Assembly (NCBI GenBank): GCA_963676795.2
Contig: CAXXTB010000002.1
Coordinates: forward strand, 768,001-832,000
Direction of reading: 5' to 3'
DNA from: Geopsychrobacteraceae bacterium
Lineage (GTDB): Bacteria; Desulfobacterota; Desulfuromonadia; Desulfuromonadales; Geopsychrobacteraceae
DNA length: 64,000 nucleotides
Part shown: positions 59,301 to 64,000 of the stretch, piece by piece
How positions within the stretch are numbered: position 1 is the stretch's first letter
How the letters are laid out: each line of letters opens with the position of its first letter
The notes under the pieces: model-generated
Database searches by the model: none
What the model was told of the DNA's origin: nothing
Seen by the model: only the letters and a program-made list of their open reading frames with translations
Translations under genes and position numbers: made by a program

Positions 59301-59659
59301 GCCTGCTGCGACGGCATCTGGCGGAGCGGTCCCTGCAACTTGGAACGGCGATTGTATCTGAGATGTTCGAGGGTTGAGAGGAGCTCATGGTCTGAAATAT
59401 CGATGCCGTAGCCGAGCAGATGTAGTTCTTTGCCATTGTGGAAGCTGGTGATTTCAACGCCGGAGAGAAAGCCGATATGATGTCGCTTCAAGGCCTCGTG
59501 GAAACGGGCGACTCCTGCGACGGAATCATGATCCGTGAGCGCAGCGAATTGCACCTTCGCTTCCGCCAGCTTTTGGGCAAGCCATTCAGGCGAATGCTCA
59601 CCATCGCTGAAGGTTGAATGACAGTGGAGGTTGACGCGTATGGTTGCACTTGGGACCAT
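56312..59659 (-). CDS. Membrane fusion protein: PHP - TM - Cache - TM - PAS - CBS pair - DUF294 nucleotidyltransferase - DUF294_C
   Basis: LHCHSTFSDG, LTDHD, GVEI, LAHP, GTDIH (PHP); DYFWIQD..PRMIMHP...WNWIIGTGMYVDD (Cache); GLVTDTDFR (CBS); MGSQGRQEQ...DQDNA (NTase). Confidence 0.88.
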   Translation of the reverse strand: MVPSATIRVNLHCHSTFSDGEHSPEWLAQKLAEAKVQFAALTDHDSVAGVARFHEALKRHHIGFLSGVEITSFHNGKELHLLGYGIDISDHELLSTLEHLRYNRRSKLQGPLRQMPSQQAAAPSGNPAPGVVENGYLTTEEAIALVHRSGGRAFLAHPLVIDRDLEIVCATIEELKKMGLDGFEGYSGSGTAAEQEALRKAMEGHELLVCAGTDIHKMTAIIDDSFYCDIPSEMWRKTVHSLSNAPLPMDLDIESPRPETTRKKRRTPWIFLRPRIVLPSLLAILLFMIAIWGMVLPSLEEILIDRKRNTIQEYTNITLSLLAEAHQDELLGKVSRAEAQQQVSKTINALRFGKNGKDYFWIQDMTPRMIMHPYRPDLNGKDLSNFKDPGGIPIFVKFVETVKERGAGFVAYVWQWQDDPDRLAAKESYVVRFAPWNWIIGTGMYVDDVHREIWQIEKKLTCTLTGIVVLILIVLLVNVRQSVLQENRRLDMQEDLSQAEQRYRSLVEATTEGTLLVLDNRCRYGNPTFLKMTGYSIDRLELLSLEDLLPQTSENAALWSCLRQLPEETDDSRRFDAVMNAARDITLECVVTINPIDLGGRKGVILLVRDIQGDDAAQQKIANQAFLERQSTSLLFLQEAIDDMGTAPVFCQVEAPIHRAAAIMNNQNTSCIVVESENGAPIGLVTDTDFRKRVAGKIASNLKDPVRTIMSAPLLTVSRQTVVYEALMLLEENKVQHLVVVDETGKVTRTIHITDLLQFHRYGPVALLQEIARAEDSEQVIRCCRMLPALAGSLIYAGANPRTVAYMNSQVCDAATSRFIELSIEELGPPPAQFAFIAMGSQGRQEQTLLTDQDNAIIYEDSDPALAKDPAAPDPARYFLTLGEKVCRLLDEGGYALCLGEVMASNPKWCKPLSQWKESFSEWIMKAEPQELLDVSISLDFRPVFGETHLARELQEHIFTKLRDRPRFLSHLAKNALLFKAPARLLGKFIKPGGPAEEAGRLNLKEMLMPLVCYARLYALYHRLPYTHTLDRIEALEWKGVLQHAEIEAIRGAYEFLMRRRFQAQLSWTEQGLAPDNNLLIDSLSNMDDAMLKQAFAQIDSLQKKIVREFLEGVG

Positions 59660-59670
59660 ATTTTTCTTTT

Positions 59671-59760
59671 CCCCTGGGGAGAAGGTGCCCCGAAGGGGGG
59701 GAGGGGGCCTTTCTGTGCAGTTTCGCCCCTCACCCCGCCCCCCTCCCTTAGGGAGAGGGG
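59671..59760. repeat. G/C-rich palindromic intergenic element (CCCTC.../GGGAGAGGG type)
   Basis: ccctggggagaaggtgccccgaagggggggagggg...ccctcaccccgcccccctcccttagggagagggg. Confidence 0.5.
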
Positions 59761-59816
59761 ATGTTTATGTTTTTGCAGGGCTTTTCGGTCCTGCTCGAAG
59801 CGTTAACGCAATGGCA

Positions 59817-61535
59817 TCAGTCAGTGTCGGGTTGATGCGCAATGGCCATGAATTTTTCCGGATCATCGCCGGTGTCTTTGGTCAGCACGGAAACGATAAT
59901 CAGGACGATAGCGGAAGCGATGACACCGAAGAGTCCGGGGCCGCCGCCGACGGGCAGGCCGATGATGGTGTAGCCGGCTCCTTTGGCGAAGAGCAGAACG
60001 ATGAAAATCACCGATACGATGAGGCCGGTGAGGACACTGGCCATGACTGCCTGTTTGGTGGTGCGTTTCCACCAGAGTGTTGCACACATCGCCGGGAAGA
60101 CGGCACTGGCAGCGATACCGAAGGCCAGCATGACGAGCCAGGCGATGTTTTCCCCCTTGAGGAAGACGGCCAGGCAGACGGCGATGGCGGACATGGCCAG
60201 GGTGGTGATCTTGGCGATGCGGAGTTCCTGTTTCTCGCTGGCATTACGGTTGATGTAGACCTTGTAGAGGTCGTGACTGACCGAAGAGGCGACGGTGATC
60301 ATCAGTCCGGCGGATGTCGACAGGATCGCTGCGACGGCACCTGCGGCACCGATGGCCATCAACCAGGTTCCGCCGACACGGAAGCTCATCTCGAGAACGG
60401 CCATGTTTTTCGCGAGACCGACACCGAGCGTCCCCTGCGATATCCAGGTGACCAGTTTGGGGTAGATGCCGGGGAAGAGCAGGAAGCCGAGAATGATGGC
60501 TGCCAGATAGAAGAGCCCGAGGGCAACGATACAGAGGGCGACGCTTTTTTTGGCCGCTCTGGCACTCGGCACGGTGAAAAACATGATCAGGATGTGCGGC
60601 AGGCCGGCGGTACCGAAGACCAGTGCGACAACTGTGGATATCATGGCCAGGGTGCTTGAGGTTTTGACGCCGATGGTCATGGCCGATTGGGCATCGGGCA
60701 TCATCTGGCGGGCAACCTGAATAGCCTGGTCCGGCGGCAGATTCCTGATGGCTTCGACAACCTCCATGTTCTGACCTGCAAGCAGCGGCGGCACAACCTC
60801 TTTGGCCATGTCAAAGACCTGCAGGAAGTTGCCATGGCCCACCTTGAAAAAGGCCAGAGTGATCAGGACGGCCATCGTACCCCAGAGGAACAGGGCCTGG
60901 ACAACCTGATTGTACAGGGTCGCCTTCATGCCGCCGAAGATGATATAGATACACATCAGCAGGCCGAGACCGATAGTGACCCAGACGAAGTTCCAGTGCA
61001 GCAGCAGCTCGAAGAGAAGGCCGGCGCCGAGCATCTGCGGAACCAGGTAGAAGGTTGAGATGATAACGGTACAGAGCATGACGCACAGCTTGATGCGGTC
61101 ATCGTTGTAACGGCTGTTCAGGGCACCGGCAACGGTAAAGGAGCCGATGTTGCGCAAGGGGCCTGCTATCAGCAGCAGAACGGCCATATAGCCACCGAAA
61201 AAGCCGATGGATAGCCAGATGGAGTCAAGGCCGTAGACGCCGATATCACCGGCACAACCGAGGAAGCTGGCAGCGGAAAGATAGCTGCCGGTCATGGCGA
61301 TACCGACCTGAACCCAGGGGACACCCTTGCCGGCGACATAGAAGTCGCTGGTCGATTTCATGCTGCGGCTGGTCCACCAGGTGATGACGATGCTGACGAG
61401 GACGAAGAACAGGATAAAGCCGATGACGATCGGAATGTTCAAGGTCGCCTCTTCTTGTCCGGTGGCTGCCAAGACCTGCAGCGGCGCTATCAGGACAACC
61501 AGTAAAAGGATAAGATGTCTGAGGTAGTTAAGCAT
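59817..61535 (-). CDS. actP: Cation/acetate symporter (SSS family)
   Basis: DFYVAG, YLSAASFLG, FYLVPQMLGAG, FGGMKAT, FGTAGLPHIL..FFTVP. Confidence 0.85.
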   Translation of the reverse strand: MLNYLRHLILLLVVLIAPLQVLAATGQEEATLNIPIVIGFILFFVLVSIVITWWTSRSMKSTSDFYVAGKGVPWVQVGIAMTGSYLSAASFLGCAGDIGVYGLDSIWLSIGFFGGYMAVLLLIAGPLRNIGSFTVAGALNSRYNDDRIKLCVMLCTVIISTFYLVPQMLGAGLLFELLLHWNFVWVTIGLGLLMCIYIIFGGMKATLYNQVVQALFLWGTMAVLITLAFFKVGHGNFLQVFDMAKEVVPPLLAGQNMEVVEAIRNLPPDQAIQVARQMMPDAQSAMTIGVKTSSTLAMISTVVALVFGTAGLPHILIMFFTVPSARAAKKSVALCIVALGLFYLAAIILGFLLFPGIYPKLVTWISQGTLGVGLAKNMAVLEMSFRVGGTWLMAIGAAGAVAAILSTSAGLMITVASSVSHDLYKVYINRNASEKQELRIAKITTLAMSAIAVCLAVFLKGENIAWLVMLAFGIAASAVFPAMCATLWWKRTTKQAVMASVLTGLIVSVIFIVLLFAKGAGYTIIGLPVGGGPGLFGVIASAIVLIIVSVLTKDTGDDPEKFMAIAHQPDTD

Positions 61536-61768
61536 TATTTTGCCCTCCAGAACCAGATGATCATGATGACCCAGGACACGGGAAAAACGAGCAGGGAAAG
61601 CAGTACGCCGAGTGGCAGCCCAAGAGCGGGGATGGAGGCAACGTCCTTGAAGGTCGGCGTCTGGATGCATGCCGAAACCAGGTAGAAAATAAAAAAGATG
61701 AAAAACAAACTGAAATTGAATAACGCCTTTTTCTTTAATACATGATTGGATTCTGAACCAGGTGTCAT
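61535..61768 (-). CDS. Small two-TM partner of ActP (DUF485/YjcH-like)
   Basis: AGGAGG RBS, two TM helices, stop overlaps the actP start. Confidence 0.75.
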   Translation of the reverse strand: MTPGSESNHVLKKKALFNFSLFFIFFIFYLVSACIQTPTFKDVASIPALGLPLGVLLSLLVFPVSWVIMIIWFWRAK

Positions 61769-62156
61769 AATTCCTCCTTTACGAGTTGTTGTTTCCAATA
61801 TTAAATATCGTTCTATCAGGAAGGGCTCTTACAACTTTACAGGAAAATATAAATTTTACAGGGGGGGAAGGCTGATATTAAGAATAAAAAGATACGCAGG
61901 TCAGGCCAATATGTATGGAGTTGTTTTCGGCTCTATAAAAATTGAGGCTGAACAGCAGCGCTCTGATGCAGCCTTTGGCTAGTTTGTAGCCCTGTTATGC
62001 TTAACAACGACCTCTTGATATTTTTTTCGTAAGTTTTATACAAAAAATGGCCTCTCATCCAGCGAGAGGCCATTTTAGGTAGTGTTTTTACCCTCGTTAT
62101 GTCCGGTGGTAACATTCTTATATAGTTTGCTTGTGCGGTAGTGGATATCTGTGTTT

Positions 62157-63392
62157 TTATCTCGTCTTGAAGCTAACATCAAAGGGGTATTGTGGATTAG
62201 AAATAATATTTTCCAGGGTTTTGAGGCTGGATTCAAAGTTGTTGTCATTGTTGAAAATTGTATATTCGGTCGGGCACTGCCTGGAAAAATGTTCAAACAT
62301 CATCTGATCATATAGCCGATGCCCGGCGGTCGTAATTTCCTGCTTTCGTTCTTGGACTGTTTCAAAGCTGGCAATGCAATGGATTGTCGGTGTTCTTTGA
62401 CCCAGGAAGTTTGAAATCGGATAGTACCTAGACCAGCGTGGCTTGTCTGTTTGGCGATGCAGGCATAAAAAATCAGCTAGGCTGCGGTCGTAAATCATAA
62501 TCTTGTTACGGTTTGAAAGTTTTTTCAATGTGAGCCCCAGGCAGGCACGCAGATAGATCAGTCCGGAAAATCTTTCATCAAACAGATCCCGGCTAGGGTA
62601 GATCGGACGTAACAGAAGTAGCGATATTTTGTAGAGCATGGATAGACGGTAAAGGCGTTTTCCGCGAAAAGATTTGGCTTGGGGGGAGGTTCTTTTGGCC
62701 AATGCCATTGCCAGGGAGGTTTTCCCGACCCCGTCACATCCCATAATGCACAACATGTTTCGGCCCCCCTGCAATCTCTTTTTATAGTTATTTTTGGTCG
62801 GAGTTTGCTTCACGGTCAGGGCTTCTAAAATCAATTTCAATGTTGCGTGCAGATCCTGCTTATTCACCTGCCTATTTTCAACCGTCCGTTGCAGAGCTTC
62901 CAGGACAAGAGTCTCGCTGCATCTGCCCAGATAAACTTCCAGTCTCTGGTTGATGTAATTCAAAGCCAAGTCCTTATTCTTTAACCTGAGGTGGTGCAGG
63001 TAAATACTGGCTTCAATATCAACCTTAAGGCGGCAGATTGAGAGATTATCTTTGTTCTCGGCAGCAGCTTGTAAGGCCTCCCAGGTCAGGGAAACTTTTG
63101 TCCCGAACAGTTGGGGAAGGACATACCAAAAATCCAGCCTCAGGCTCTTCAGCCCGTCCCGTGAAAATAAAATCAGCACTTTTTTGCCAAATTTGCGGGC
63201 TCCGATATGGGCATGGCAATAGCCGTTTTGGACCCAGGTGTAGGCTTCAGCAATTAACGCATTAATCGATTCTTCACTGGCCAGGAAATCAACATCGCCA
63301 CGATTGATATCAGCAGCGGAAATAAGCTCTCCACGTAGTTGAATCAACTGCCAGGGGCCTGACAGCATTTTGCTGATACATTTTTCTAGCAT
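62157..63392 (-). CDS. Hypothetical protein: NTase-like N-terminus plus thymidylate-kinase-like P-loop
   Basis: RGDVDFL; MGCDGVGKTS; IYDRS. Confidence 0.6.
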   Translation of the reverse strand: MLEKCISKMLSGPWQLIQLRGELISAADINRGDVDFLASEESINALIAEAYTWVQNGYCHAHIGARKFGKKVLILFSRDGLKSLRLDFWYVLPQLFGTKVSLTWEALQAAAENKDNLSICRLKVDIEASIYLHHLRLKNKDLALNYINQRLEVYLGRCSETLVLEALQRTVENRQVNKQDLHATLKLILEALTVKQTPTKNNYKKRLQGGRNMLCIMGCDGVGKTSLAMALAKRTSPQAKSFRGKRLYRLSMLYKISLLLLRPIYPSRDLFDERFSGLIYLRACLGLTLKKLSNRNKIMIYDRSLADFLCLHRQTDKPRWSRYYPISNFLGQRTPTIHCIASFETVQERKQEITTAGHRLYDQMMFEHFSRQCPTEYTIFNNDNNFESSLKTLENIISNPQYPFDVSFKTR

Positions 63393-63596
63393 AAATAGAG
63401 CCTGTCTGTTTTATCGATAATGTACAAGTTAATGATCTGCACCAACGGCATGTTCTGTTGGTGCAGAACGAGATAAAACAATAGCACCCCGCCGTGGAAC
63501 AGGGTGCTATTCGCAATAATCAATTCGTTAAATGATACAGTCCATGATTTTCGGAAGTCCTTATATTCCGGCAATCAGTTTGTATGCAGTTATCGA

Positions 63597-64000
<404 letters not shown>

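Noticed and set aside
38812..61058. Long antisense ORFs (e.g. 38812-40116, 40240-41310, 42069-43154, 48521-49582, 59631-60659)
   Set aside because: Shadow frames of well-supported GC-rich genes with no motifs of their own.

Overview
Bacterial chromosome window. Gene content suggests an anaerobic Desulfuromonadales-like deltaproteobacterium (inference): group 3b NiFe-hydrogenase, desulfoferrodoxin, PEP-CTERM proteins, HDOD protein, ActP. Most of it is ordinary housekeeping or metabolic DNA (lysine-catabolism pair, csp, epd, YeeE/YedE pair, hybrid kinase, P-type ATPase, M16C peptidase, rlmKL, hydrogenase operon, lpoB, ettA). Three regions stand out. (1) A ~10 kb AT-richer island at tRNA-Pro(TGG), bounded by a ~538-bp direct repeat (27671-28208 / 38137-38673). 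It carries a WYL regulator followed 3 nt later by a UDG-like protein, a repeated GAC-N7-GTC operator-like motif, a stand-alone FtsZ C-terminal domain, an ADP-ribosylhydrolase, an IS256-truncated GIY-YIG gene, DUF2787 and a tyrosine integrase. Older relic copies of the same arm lie beside it, interleaved with PEP-CTERM and dfx genes. (2) A PHP-Cache-PAS-CBS-DUF294 nucleotidyltransferase fusion directly downstream of actP, which looks like a membrane-bound writer/eraser one-component system. (3) An orphan Tlde1 (DUF2778) toxin plus candidate immunity gene and an orphan flagellin, embedded in two families of short repeats. No CRISPR array or rRNA was seen. All family assignments come from motifs read by eye, not from database searches.
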